Positions 31,847-40,882 of a stretch of 64,000 bases of DNA are shown here, piece by piece (the first letter of the stretch is position 1; each line of letters starts with the position of its first letter). Origin of the DNA: Trueperaceae bacterium (lineage in GTDB: Bacteria; Deinococcota; Deinococci; Deinococcales; Trueperaceae); assembly GCA_965215565.1 (NCBI GenBank), contig CBDCDZ010000004.1, positions 4,096,001 through 4,160,000 of the forward strand, in the 5' to 3' direction. The position numbers and the translations under genes were made by a program. A model generated the notes under the pieces. The model saw only the letters and a program-made list of their open reading frames with translations, was not told the DNA's origin and did no database searches.

Positions 31847-31875
31847 TCTTTCTAGTGTAGCTCAAAGAAGCAGCG

Positions 31876-32006
31876 GTGAGTGAAAAGCAATGAGCAGAAA
31901 GCAGCAATGAGTACCGAGCAACCCAGTCGAGCTGGGCGAACGGTGAGTAGTGAGTGAAAACCAGAGACTTTCAACTCATTGCTCATTGCTTTCAACTCAT
32001 TGCTTT
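31876..32006. repeat. Short heptamer-like repeat tract (GCAATGA / TCATTGC) in inverted arrangement
   Basis: AAGCAATGAG units on the left and CTCATTGCT units on the right; similar units at 955-980. Confidence 0.55.
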
Positions 32007-32073
32007 ATCGTCACGCTCCCTACAGACGAGAATTTAGAGCAGCGCTAGACTTCCTCCGAAAGGTGGAACATTT

Positions 32074-32961
32074 ATGAGTAGCAACGCACGAGCGAGCGGC
32101 ACCTTTAAGCTGGGTGGCGACACCGAAATCAACCGTTTAGGCTACGGCGCGATGCGCGTCACGGGTGAGGGCATCTGGGGACCGCCCGACGACAAGGAGG
32201 AAGCCCTGCGTGTTTTGAAACGTCTGCCCGAGTTGGGCGTCAACTTCATCGACACGGCGGATTCTTACGGGCCTTTTGTGAGCGAAGATTTGCTCTGCGA
32301 GGCGCTGCATCCTTACGACGGGCTCCTCATCGCGACGAAGGGCGGGCTGACGCGGCACGGTCCGAATGCGTGGCCCCCTGTAGGACGTCCCGAATACCTG
32401 CGCCAGTGCGTCTTGATGAGTCTGCGCCGCTTGAACGTGGAGCGTATCGACCTCTGGCAACTCCACCGCATCGACCCGAAAGTGCCGCGCGAGGAGCAGT
32501 TTGAGGAGATCGCTGCGATGCAAAAAGAGGGTCTCATCCGCCACGTCGGGCTGAGCGAAGTGAACGTAGAGGAGATTAAAGCGGCGCGTGAATACTTCGA
32601 AGTGGCGAGCGTGCAAAACCTCTACAACCTCGTGACGCGCCAACACGAAGAGGTTTTAGACTACTGCGAAGGGGAGAACATCGGCTTCATCCCCTGGTTC
32701 CCGCTCGCGTCAGGCAGCTTGGCGGAAAAAGGCAGCGTGATGGACGACGTAACGAGCCACTTAGACGCCTCGCCCTCACAAGTGGCGCTCGCCTGGATTT
32801 TGAAGCGCAGCCCGGTCATGCTGCCGATTCCTGGGACGAGCAGCGTGTCTCACCTGGAGGAAAACGTCGCGGCGGCGTCTTTGGAGCTTAGCGATGAGGA
32901 TTTTCGTGCGTTGGATGAAGCGGGGGCGCAGGAGTCGGAGAAGCAGCAAGAAGCGGCGTAA
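32074..32961 (+). CDS. Aldo/keto reductase
   Basis: GYGAMR, DTADSYG, IATKGG, LHRID and PIPGT motifs. Confidence 0.93.
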   Translation: MSSNARASGTFKLGGDTEINRLGYGAMRVTGEGIWGPPDDKEEALRVLKRLPELGVNFIDTADSYGPFVSEDLLCEALHPYDGLLIATKGGLTRHGPNAWPPVGRPEYLRQCVLMSLRRLNVERIDLWQLHRIDPKVPREEQFEEIAAMQKEGLIRHVGLSEVNVEEIKAAREYFEVASVQNLYNLVTRQHEEVLDYCEGENIGFIPWFPLASGSLAEKGSVMDDVTSHLDASPSQVALAWILKRSPVMLPIPGTSSVSHLEENVAAASLELSDEDFRALDEAGAQESEKQQEAA

Positions 32962-32976
32962 GCGGTTGAACACCAA

Positions 32977-33022
32977 AAGCAATGAGAGCGAAGGTCGTTC
33001 AACACCTTCGCTCTCATTGCTT
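32977..33022. terminator. 19-bp perfect hairpin between convergent genes
   Basis: AAGCAATGAGAGCGAAGGT / ACCTTCGCTCTCATTGCTT. Confidence 0.7.
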
Positions 33023-33027
33023 ACAAA

Positions 33028-33333
33028 CTACGCCTCATCGCTGAGTAGTTTTCCAAATCCTTCTTTATTCCAGTAGAGCTGCGTCCCCGCGCCTTGCAGC
33101 GCCGCGATAAGCAGCGCGTCCGCGACCTCTTGGCGGCTCGCGCCGACCTCTAACGCTTTGCGGATATGCAACTCGGTGCAGTGCTGACAGCGTAGCACCG
33201 ACGAGGTCGCGAGTTTGATGAGTTCGGCGGTCTTCTCGTCTAAAACGCTCTTGCTCGTCACATCGCGGTTGAAGTGTAAAAACGCCTCTCCCGTCTCGGA
33301 CGACGCTTCTTGAAACCAGGGTTTCTCGCTCAT
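33028..33333 (-). CDS. Carboxymuconolactone decarboxylase / AhpD family protein
   Basis: LDEKTAELIKLA and CQHCTELH (CxxC) motifs. Confidence 0.85.
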   Translation of the reverse strand: MSEKPWFQEASSETGEAFLHFNRDVTSKSVLDEKTAELIKLATSSVLRCQHCTELHIRKALEVGASRQEVADALLIAALQGAGTQLYWNKEGFGKLLSDEA

Positions 33334-33365
33334 GGCTGCTCCTTTTTCTACCGATACCAAGTTGC

Positions 33366-34466
33366 TTAAAACCCGTACACCTCATGCCGCTTCTGCGACA
33401 GTTTCTTGTGGTAGCCCGTCTCCTCCAAGTAGTCGTCGAACGCCTCGAAGTCCACCTGCTGCTTGTTGTCACTGAGCGCTACGGCTGGGTTCGGATGCAC
33501 CTCGATCATGATGCCGTCCGCGCCCGTCGCTAAGCCCGCTTTGGTCAGCGGGACCAAGAGGTCGCGGCGTCCGCCTGAATGGGTCACGTCAACGATGACA
33601 GGGAGGTGGGTCTCGAGCTTGGCCAGCGCCACCGCCGACACGTCGAGCGTGTTGCGCGTGTAGGTCTCGTAGGTGCGGATGCCGCGCTCGCAAAGGATGA
33701 TGTTGCTGTTGCCTTCGCTGAGGAGGTATTCCGCCGCCATGAGCCATTCTTCGATGGTCGCGCTTAAACCACGCTTTAAGAGGACGGGCTTGTTGGAGCG
33801 CCCTACCGCTTTAAGGAGCGTGAAGTTCTGCATGTTGCGCGCGCCTATTTGCATCACGTCGGCGTACTCCTCGAACATGGCGAGGTCACAAGCGTCCATG
33901 ATTTCGGAGATGAACTTGAGCCCGTGCTTGTCCGAGGTTTCGCGCCCAATGCGCAGACCCTCTTCGCCCAAACCTTGGAATGAGTAGGGATTGCTGCGCG
34001 GCTTGAACGCGCCGCCGCGAAAGAGCTGCACGCCGCGCTCCGCGACAAATGCCGCCGTAGCGTCCATCTGCTCTTTCGATTCGATGGAGCACGGACCCGC
34101 GATGAGTACGGGCGAGTGGTCGCTGCCGATGGGGATATCGCCGACGTGCACGACGGTATCGTCGGCTTTCGTTTTACGCGAGGTCAAGAATTTGACCTTG
34201 TCCGCCTCTTGCTCCAACTGCATACTCGCCTGAAAAATGGACTTGAAAAGCCCTTTGACTGTCGCGTCGCGAAAGGGTCCTCGGTTGGCTTGGGTCAAGC
34301 GCTCCAACATCTCTCTTTCACGAACAGGGTCGTAGTGAGATAACCCCTGCTCGGTCTGAACCTCGCCAATGGCTTCAGCGAGTTCGGCTCGTTGAGAGAG
34401 CAGGTCTAAAAGTTGTAAATTGAGCGTGTCAATTTGGTCGCGTAAGTTCTGAATCTTCTCGTTCAC
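33366..34466 (-). CDS. Bifunctional chorismate mutase / DAHP synthase (class I-beta)
   Basis: N-terminal LRDQIDTLN...YDPVRE mutase domain; IAGPCSIES, GGAFKPRS and LCERGIRT. Confidence 0.93.
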   Translation of the reverse strand: MNEKIQNLRDQIDTLNLQLLDLLSQRAELAEAIGEVQTEQGLSHYDPVREREMLERLTQANRGPFRDATVKGLFKSIFQASMQLEQEADKVKFLTSRKTKADDTVVHVGDIPIGSDHSPVLIAGPCSIESKEQMDATAAFVAERGVQLFRGGAFKPRSNPYSFQGLGEEGLRIGRETSDKHGLKFISEIMDACDLAMFEEYADVMQIGARNMQNFTLLKAVGRSNKPVLLKRGLSATIEEWLMAAEYLLSEGNSNIILCERGIRTYETYTRNTLDVSAVALAKLETHLPVIVDVTHSGGRRDLLVPLTKAGLATGADGIMIEVHPNPAVALSDNKQQVDFEAFDDYLEETGYHKKLSQKRHEVYGF

Positions 34467-35163
34467 TGGGCACCTTCCGCTGTGATAGATGTACGACTAC
34501 AATACTAACCTCATAGAGTAGCACAAGTGGCACAGCGACGAGGGCAAGGTTCAAGGGGTCGGGCGTCGGCGTAATCACGGCCGCAACGATCCAGCAGCCC
34601 ACAAACGTGTAGCGGCGGTATTGCCGCAGCATCGGTGCGTAGAGAAAGCCGAGCCGCGCCAAGAGAAAGCTCAAAACGGGCAGTTCGAAGATAAAGCCAA
34701 AAATCGCCAGATAGAGGATGATTTTAGAAATATAGTCGCCGATACTCAAGATAAGCTGCACTTCGCCTGGCACAAAGCCGATGATGACAGGTAGAGCGAA
34801 GGGCAAGATGGCGTAGTAGGAGAAGAGCACGCCGCCCGCAAAGGCGAGCGCGGTGCCGAGGACGAAGGGAACCGCCCAGCGGCGCTCTTCGGGGTAGAGC
34901 CCCGGCGCGATAAAACCCCAGAGTTGCCCGACGATCACGGGAGCCGCCAAAACGAGCCCGAAAAAGATCGCGATCTGCATACTGATGAGGATGCCCTCGA
35001 GCAGCCGAAACGCATTGAGCGTTACGGTAGGTGGCAAGGGTGCTTTGAGCCACTCGAGCAGGTTATCACGGAAATAGAATGCCGCCCCACCCGCCACAGC
35101 CCAGCTTCCTAGCGCAATAAAGAGCCGGGTGCGCAGCTCCTCAAAATGTTCGATTAAGGTCAC
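34429..35163 (-). CDS. tatC: Twin-arginine translocase subunit TatC
   Basis: MTLIEHFEELRTRL, FIAPGLYPEE, FELP and ITPTPD motifs. Confidence 0.95.
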   Translation of the reverse strand: MTLIEHFEELRTRLFIALGSWAVAGGAAFYFRDNLLEWLKAPLPPTVTLNAFRLLEGILISMQIAIFFGLVLAAPVIVGQLWGFIAPGLYPEERRWAVPFVLGTALAFAGGVLFSYYAILPFALPVIIGFVPGEVQLILSIGDYISKIILYLAIFGFIFELPVLSFLLARLGFLYAPMLRQYRRYTFVGCWIVAAVITPTPDPLNLALVAVPLVLLYEVSIVVVHLSQRKVPSEREDSELTRPN

Positions 35164-35226
35164 GCTGCAAGTCCTTCATAGTTTAGATCAATGCACCAAA
35201 GAGGCGCTTTGAAGAGGTTGGGCGGA

Positions 35227-35508
35227 TTAAGCAGACTTAACTTCGGTCTTCTCGGTGGTATTTGAAGAGGTAGAAGAGGTATCCGCCTCCGCCGCTTCGC
35301 TCTTGGCGGTGCTCACGTTGCTGTCTTTGCTCGGCTTCTTATCCTCATCGTCATTCGTGACTTCATCTTTCATGTCGCGAATGCCTTTACGAAATTCGCG
35401 CACCGATTGACCGATGCCTTTTGCCATTTCGGGCAGGCGGCGCGGACCGAAAACGAGCAACACGATGACCAAGATGATGATGATTTCGGGTAGACCTATG
35501 TTCGGCAT
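35227..35508 (-). CDS. tatA: Twin-arginine translocase subunit TatA
   Basis: Transmembrane helix, FGPRRLP hinge and amphipathic helix. Confidence 0.93.
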   Translation of the reverse strand: MPNIGLPEIIIILVIVLLVFGPRRLPEMAKGIGQSVREFRKGIRDMKDEVTNDDEDKKPSKDSNVSTAKSEAAEADTSSTSSNTTEKTEVKSA

Positions 35509-35635
35509 GGTGAAACCTCCTGTTTTATTATTTAGTCTAGCACCTTTGACCGGGGACGAACGTCACGGTGCGCTATGAAGGACTTCATGAAGGAAAAGAG
35601 GGTGCGTCAAGCACCCCCTGAACCACAGCTTCTCG

Positions 35636-36589
35636 TTACTTGATGCTGCCGTTTAAGCCGTCCGGGAAGAAACCGCCGGGCGTACCTGCTGCGCCGAGAT
35701 AAACAATCGCTAACACTTCGGCTGTAGTGCGGGCAAAAGCGAGACCGTTCTCGTCCGTAGGAACGATATTTGCGTTGCCGTCTACGACTATGGACTCATC
35801 TTTACCGCCACCAACTGCTGCGCGCAGCCCTGAAATCGCACCGATAACAGCGCTGACCGGTAATTCGGTGACGCCGTCGCCCCCCGGAATGGCAATGGTA
35901 TCGCGCTCCTGGTAGAGCAGCGTACGAACTTCGCTCGCGTGATAAGCTTCGACGGCTAGAATGCTCGCCGCTGCGCCGAGACGCCCTTTGTTGGAGATAA
36001 GCGTTGCGCCGCCGTTATAGGCGGTGACGCCGACGTCTTCAAAGATGAACGCGCCGTGCAAGAAGAACAGCGGATTGGCGTAGGGGTCGAACGCTGAAAG
36101 TGCACCGACAGTCGCATCGTCAAGCCCCGCGTTGGTACCTGCGGCGGCTGCGGCTGCCCCGAACGCGCCGCTTGCGCCGCCTGCAATGTTGATGTTTGGG
36201 CGGGCGACGGCGGCGTCACCTAGTGCTGTGCGCAAGAACTTGACATGGTTCTCTTCGTCTGTAGCGATCTCGTTAGCGTAAGCTTCGAGTGCAGCGTCAT
36301 CACCGAAGTCAACAGCGCTTCCGCCCGTGACCGTCCCTTCGGTGCCTTCACCACTCGTCTCGTAAGTTGGCGTGCGCCCGACAGCAGCTAAGTAGAACTC
36401 CGCCTCGAGGTACTCCAAATTTAGGGCGAAGTTCAGAACGGCGATGTCCATTTCGTCGGCGTTCATATCGTCTTCTTGACCCATCGCGCCGCCACACGCT
36501 GTAATCACCGCGCCCGCGCCCATCATGCCCAAGTTGCCGAGCAAGCGCCGGCGGTTCAGTTTGGCTCCGAGAAGTTTCTGAATATCCAT
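35636..36589 (-). CDS. Tat-exported ferritin-like protein (desiccation-related PCC13-62-like family)
   Basis: NRRRLL Tat signal; LNFALNLEYLEAEFY, FIFEDVGVTAY, VEAYHA and GGFFPDGLNG motifs. Confidence 0.85.
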   Translation of the reverse strand: MDIQKLLGAKLNRRRLLGNLGMMGAGAVITACGGAMGQEDDMNADEMDIAVLNFALNLEYLEAEFYLAAVGRTPTYETSGEGTEGTVTGGSAVDFGDDAALEAYANEIATDEENHVKFLRTALGDAAVARPNINIAGGASGAFGAAAAAAGTNAGLDDATVGALSAFDPYANPLFFLHGAFIFEDVGVTAYNGGATLISNKGRLGAAASILAVEAYHASEVRTLLYQERDTIAIPGGDGVTELPVSAVIGAISGLRAAVGGGKDESIVVDGNANIVPTDENGLAFARTTAEVLAIVYLGAAGTPGGFFPDGLNGSIK

Positions 36590-36994
36590 ATTGCCTCCTG
36601 TAATGATAGGTCTTAGCCGACAACAATCCGCGCCGGGGGAGGTTAGGACAATTGAGGGTTTTATAGACCTTCTCTACTAGATGTAACGCTTTATTCACAT
36701 ATTTGGATGTTAAAATTTTCACTACTCTGGAAAATTCTCATCCGGTATCTGTTCTATTTTATGTCTCCTTAGAAAGCGCAAACGCAATCCTGGTGCTGAA
36801 AAAACTTCATGAAGGTGGTTTTCACGCGGCTTGCTTGTAATTAAATCCACACTCCGCGTATACTAGAGCGGTTCTAAAAGCAGTTATCTCAAGTAGCGAG
36901 GATGTGCTCACGCGCGCGCACCTCTCAGACCGGCTCAAATCAAGCTCGAGCTTTGTTCGGTATCTGCTTGCATAACCTAACTTTGGAGGTAAGG

Positions 36995-38095
36995 ATGAAA
37001 CGTCGTGATTTTCTAAAAAAAGCGGGTGTCGTCGCTGCTAGCACCTCACTCTCGCCCCTCATGTTCGCGAACGCGCAATCGTCATCGTTCAGCTTCGAGA
37101 TGGTCACGTCGTGGCCTACCTCGCTCGATACGATTTACGGGGGCGCAACCAATACGGCGGCATATTTAGAGGAGTTGACCGACGGTGACGTCACCGTCGA
37201 GGTGTACCCGGCGGGCGCACAGGTCGGTGGCTTAGAGGTCTACGACGCGGTCTCGTCGGGCGCATTCGTGATGGGTCACACGGCGTCGTACTACTACGTC
37301 GGTAAGGACCCCACCCACGCCTTTTTTACCGCCGTGCCGTTCGGTCTCAACGCGCAGCAGATGAACGCCTGGTTCTATCAGGGCGGCGCGCTGGACCTGT
37401 TCAACGAACTCAACGCCAGAGACGGGCTCATCGCGTTCCCGGCGGGTAATACGGGCGTGCAGATGGGCGGCTGGTTCAATCAAGAGATCAACACGCCCGC
37501 TGACTTGCAAGGCTTGACGATGCGCATCCCCGGCTTGGGCGGTCAGGTCATGACCCGCGCGGGCGCGAACGTGCAGGTCATCCCTGGTGGCGAAATCTTC
37601 CTAGCGCTCGACACAGGCGTGATTGACGCCGCCGAGTGGATTGGACCCTACGACGATGAGATTTTAGGGCTTAACACCGCTGCGCAGTTCTACTACGCTC
37701 CCGGCTGGCACGAGCCCGGTCCGTCGCTCGCCACCTATATCAACCTGAGCGAGTACGAGAGCTTACCCGCCGACATTCAACAAGCGATTCAGAAAGCCTC
37801 GGCGCGCGCCAACTTGCAGATGCTCGCCGATTACGACGCGAAGAATGGTCCAGCGCTCAACCGCTTAGTCGAGGCGGGCGCACAGCTTCGCGACTTCCCG
37901 GACGAGGTCTTAGTATCTCTGGAAGACGCCATGAACGCCATCCACGAGGAGACCGCCGCCAGCAACGACTTCTACGGACAGGTCTACCAGAACTTCTTGG
38001 GCTTCCGCGACGGCATCCGTGACTGGCACCGGATCAGCGAGTATGCCTACCAGAACTACGTCTACCGCAACGCGGAGGGTAGCAGCGAAGGCTAA
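36995..38095 (+). CDS. TRAP transporter substrate-binding protein (DctP/TakP-like) with Tat signal
   Basis: MKRRDFLKK, VTSWP, GNTGVQMGGWF and MRIPGLGG motifs. Confidence 0.9.
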   Translation: MKRRDFLKKAGVVAASTSLSPLMFANAQSSSFSFEMVTSWPTSLDTIYGGATNTAAYLEELTDGDVTVEVYPAGAQVGGLEVYDAVSSGAFVMGHTASYYYVGKDPTHAFFTAVPFGLNAQQMNAWFYQGGALDLFNELNARDGLIAFPAGNTGVQMGGWFNQEINTPADLQGLTMRIPGLGGQVMTRAGANVQVIPGGEIFLALDTGVIDAAEWIGPYDDEILGLNTAAQFYYAPGWHEPGPSLATYINLSEYESLPADIQQAIQKASARANLQMLADYDAKNGPALNRLVEAGAQLRDFPDEVLVSLEDAMNAIHEETAASNDFYGQVYQNFLGFRDGIRDWHRISEYAYQNYVYRNAEGSSEG

Positions 38096-38169
38096 ACGAA
38101 AGTCTATAGTAGGCAGGCTCTCTCTAAGGTTCGGGAGAGCTTGTCTAATTTGGATGGAGGCCAACTTCT

Positions 38170-38280
38170 AAAGCAATTAACATAAGTACTGATTGGAATA
38201 GCGCAAGTATCATTCTCAAATGTGCGTGCTACACGGTGTTCTACATCGTGAGAGCGTCTCAAACCAAATGATACTTGCTA
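38170..38280 (+). repeat. Repeat family A, copy 7 (A-variant arms)
   Basis: GCAAGTATCATT (38203-38214) / AATGATACTTGC (38267-38278). Confidence 0.8.
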
Positions 38281-38351
38281 TAGTACTTGAACGCCTCCAA
38301 ACCCTACGCAAACGAACCGCTTTCTCTTCGCGTATGGGCTAGACTAGCATT

Positions 38352-38624
38352 ATGAAAAAAGAGATCAAGCTCGAGGTAGATAAAGAGACCGCCTTAGGAC
38401 GTTACGCCAACGTCGCGATCATCGCCCACACAAAAGACGAATTTATTCTCGACTTCGCGCTCGCCTATCCTGGACAGTCGCCCACGGTGAATTCGCGCAT
38501 CATCACGAGCCCGCAGCACGCCAAAGCGCTCTTGCGGAGCTTAGAGGACAACGTACGTAAATTCGAGGCGCGTCACGGCGCGATTGCGGAGCCCGCGAAG
38601 CGTATAGGCGGCGAGCAAAATTAG
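38352..38624 (+). CDS. DUF3467 family protein
   Basis: GRYANVAIIAH, EFILDF, SRII and SPQHAKAL motifs. Confidence 0.85.
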   Translation: MKKEIKLEVDKETALGRYANVAIIAHTKDEFILDFALAYPGQSPTVNSRIITSPQHAKALLRSLEDNVRKFEARHGAIAEPAKRIGGEQN

Positions 38625-38632
38625 ATACTAGA

Positions 38633-38785
38633 TAGCAGTTCCACTTACTGTTGCTTGAGTGCAACTATGCGAAGCAACACTTTTCCACAGATATCATCCC
38701 CGAAAGTGTGTGCTAGGCGATGTTCTCTTTAGTAAGAGCGTTGCTTCGCATGGCTTCGCCCAAGCTGACCAGATGATACCTGCTA
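38633..38785 (+). repeat. Repeat family A, copy 8
   Basis: TAGCAGTTCCAC...GCTGACCAGATGATACCTGCTA. Confidence 0.88.
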
Positions 38786-39051
38786 TAGAGATAGCAGGAT
38801 GAAGGGGTTCATCCTGTTTCATGTGGTCTCGGGGAGAGGCTCTGCGGATTCCTAAGTTGTGTCCACGAAGAGTGCTGTTGAGGGGATATTAGAGGAGCCG
38901 ATAACGAACCTCTTCTGTCCGCCGCCTTTTTACTCCTGTATTTCTTCAAAACCGCATAAGCGCTAAAAAGTGACGCGAGATTCAGATGCCAGTCACTTTC
39001 CGCTGTTGTTCGGCTTACCCACATCCCCATCTAAGCGAGCTTTAATGAAGT

Positions 39052-39678
39052 ATGTCTGATGTGGTCGTCTACTTCGATTATCTCTGTCCCTTTGCTTGGC
39101 GCGGCGCGGAAGTCGCGCACGTCGTTGAGCGCGAACTCGGTCTCAGCTTCGAGTGGCGGCATTTTAGCCTCTATCAGAGCAACTACAGCAACGATCATGG
39201 TGGTGGCAACGGCTGGCAGCTTTGGAACGACCGCATCGAACCGGAGAGTGACAACGGCAGCAAAGGGCTACTCCCTTTTTTAGCGTCTTGTGCAGCGCGT
39301 CGGCAAGGCCCGGAGCTACATGCCCGCTTCCGCATGGCGCTGATGCGAGCGCGTTACCGTGAGCATAAACCTTATACGCTCACGACGCTTAAAGAGGTAG
39401 CTGGCGCGGTAGGATTACACGTTCCTAAGTTCGAAAGTGACCTCTCTGACCCGGAGTGCCGCACCACCTTAGCGCACGAACACCACCGTGCTGTGGCGCT
39501 AGATGTTTTCGGCACGCCGACTTTTTGTTTTCCGAACGGTCACACGTCGTATTTTCGCATCAACGCGCTACCTCGCAGTGACGAAGAGGCGGTTGACCTC
39601 TTTCAGAGTTACTGGCAGATGTTAGAACGCTATCCCTATTTAGAGACCATTAAGCGCCCGCGCGTCAAAGGGAATTAG
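39052..39678 (+). CDS. DsbA/FrnE-like thioredoxin-fold protein
   Basis: YFDYLCPFAW and VFGTPT motifs. Confidence 0.85.
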   Translation: MSDVVVYFDYLCPFAWRGAEVAHVVERELGLSFEWRHFSLYQSNYSNDHGGGNGWQLWNDRIEPESDNGSKGLLPFLASCAARRQGPELHARFRMALMRARYREHKPYTLTTLKEVAGAVGLHVPKFESDLSDPECRTTLAHEHHRAVALDVFGTPTFCFPNGHTSYFRINALPRSDEEAVDLFQSYWQMLERYPYLETIKRPRVKGN

Positions 39679-39788
39679 GCGCGCTTAAATTTTAGCTGCG
39701 CCGCTTCGAGGATTTGGAGCGGCGTTTTTCGGAGAGGCTCGAGCCCTCTAGTCCTGATTTTTGTAGCAGGTATCCGTATATTAAGAGA

Positions 39789-39920
39789 AGCGAGGTGATG
39801 CCCAGCAAGTATCAGCTTTAGGGCTAACAGATGAACTGCACACCTCGCTCACTAAGCTACACGGAGCTTGCCTGATACTAAGACGCTTAGTAGCCTCATA
39901 GACGGATAAGCAGCTACCGT
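39789..39920 (+). ncRNA. Predicted IS110 bridge RNA with target-binding and donor-binding loops
   Basis: Stem AGCGAGGTG/CACCTCGCT encloses AGCAAGTATC and CAGATGA (match the target); stem ACGGAGCT/AGCTACCGT encloses ATACTAAG and ATAGACGGA (match the donor junction). Confidence 0.8.
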
Positions 39921-39943
39921 GAGCAGCAACCTAAGGAGGTTGT

Positions 39944-40882
39944 ATGGTCATTATAGGGGTTGATCCACATCCGCAGAGCCATACCGCAGCAGCGTTAGAT
40001 AAACAGGGCAAGGTATTAGGTCACTGCACCGTTACGAATACGGCTGAGGGCTTGGCAACTTTGGAGCACTGGATAAAGCGCTATGACGTTCAGCGGTGCG
40101 CTATTGAAGGGGCGAATAACCCCTTTGCTCGGAGGTTGAGTCAAGCGTTGCTCGGGCAGGACCATAAGGTTGTGGACATTAGTCCGAGTCTGACGAGTCA
40201 GTACCGCAGCAAAAGAGGACGCAAGAAGAGTGATGAGGTAGACGCTGAAAACGTAGCTCGGGCTGCTTTGGCTAATCCTGAGCTGACTACGTTTGCACCT
40301 CGGCAAGCGGTTGAAGACCTCAAACATCTGACCCGCACCCGAGAAGCGCTAGCTAAACAGCTTACAGCGCACAAGCTGAGCTTAGCGAGCCTTGAGCTAG
40401 AGGTGGCTCGCCAAGCCGTCGAAGCCGTTATTGCAGTGCTTAAAGAACAACTCAAGACGCTCGAGCAGGCGATGAAAGCCCTCGTTGACGAACTGATGCC
40501 TGAACTCTTAGAGGTCTTTGGCGTCGGCGTCGTTCACGCCGCCACGCTACTTGCTGAAGCAGGTGACATCCGACGCTTTCGTTCACAACACGCCTTTGCC
40601 ATGTATTCAGGTTGTGCGCCTGTCGAGCGCTCTTCTGGTGGTCAGAAGAGAAGGCAACTCAACATCGGCGGCAACCGTCGGCTCAACCGCACCTTTCACA
40701 TGATTGCCCAAGTCAGACTGCGCCACAGCGAACCGACAAGAGCCTATCTCGACAAGAAACAGCAGCAAGGCAAGACCCGCCGGGCTGCTCTAAGAAGTCT
40801 CAAAACCTATCTCGCAAGAGAACTCTTTCGTTTCATGCTGCAAGTCACTCAGCAGCACCCACAGAGGTGGAAGGGGGCTTGA
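39944..40882 (+). CDS. IS110 family DEDD recombinase/transposase (312 aa)
   Basis: IIGVDPH, CAIEG and KSDEVDA (DEDD RuvC-like); C-terminal GCAPVERSSG and GGNRRLN; AAGGAGG RBS. Confidence 0.95.
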   Translation: MVIIGVDPHPQSHTAAALDKQGKVLGHCTVTNTAEGLATLEHWIKRYDVQRCAIEGANNPFARRLSQALLGQDHKVVDISPSLTSQYRSKRGRKKSDEVDAENVARAALANPELTTFAPRQAVEDLKHLTRTREALAKQLTAHKLSLASLELEVARQAVEAVIAVLKEQLKTLEQAMKALVDELMPELLEVFGVGVVHAATLLAEAGDIRRFRSQHAFAMYSGCAPVERSSGGQKRRQLNIGGNRRLNRTFHMIAQVRLRHSEPTRAYLDKKQQQGKTRRAALRSLKTYLARELFRFMLQVTQQHPQRWKGA

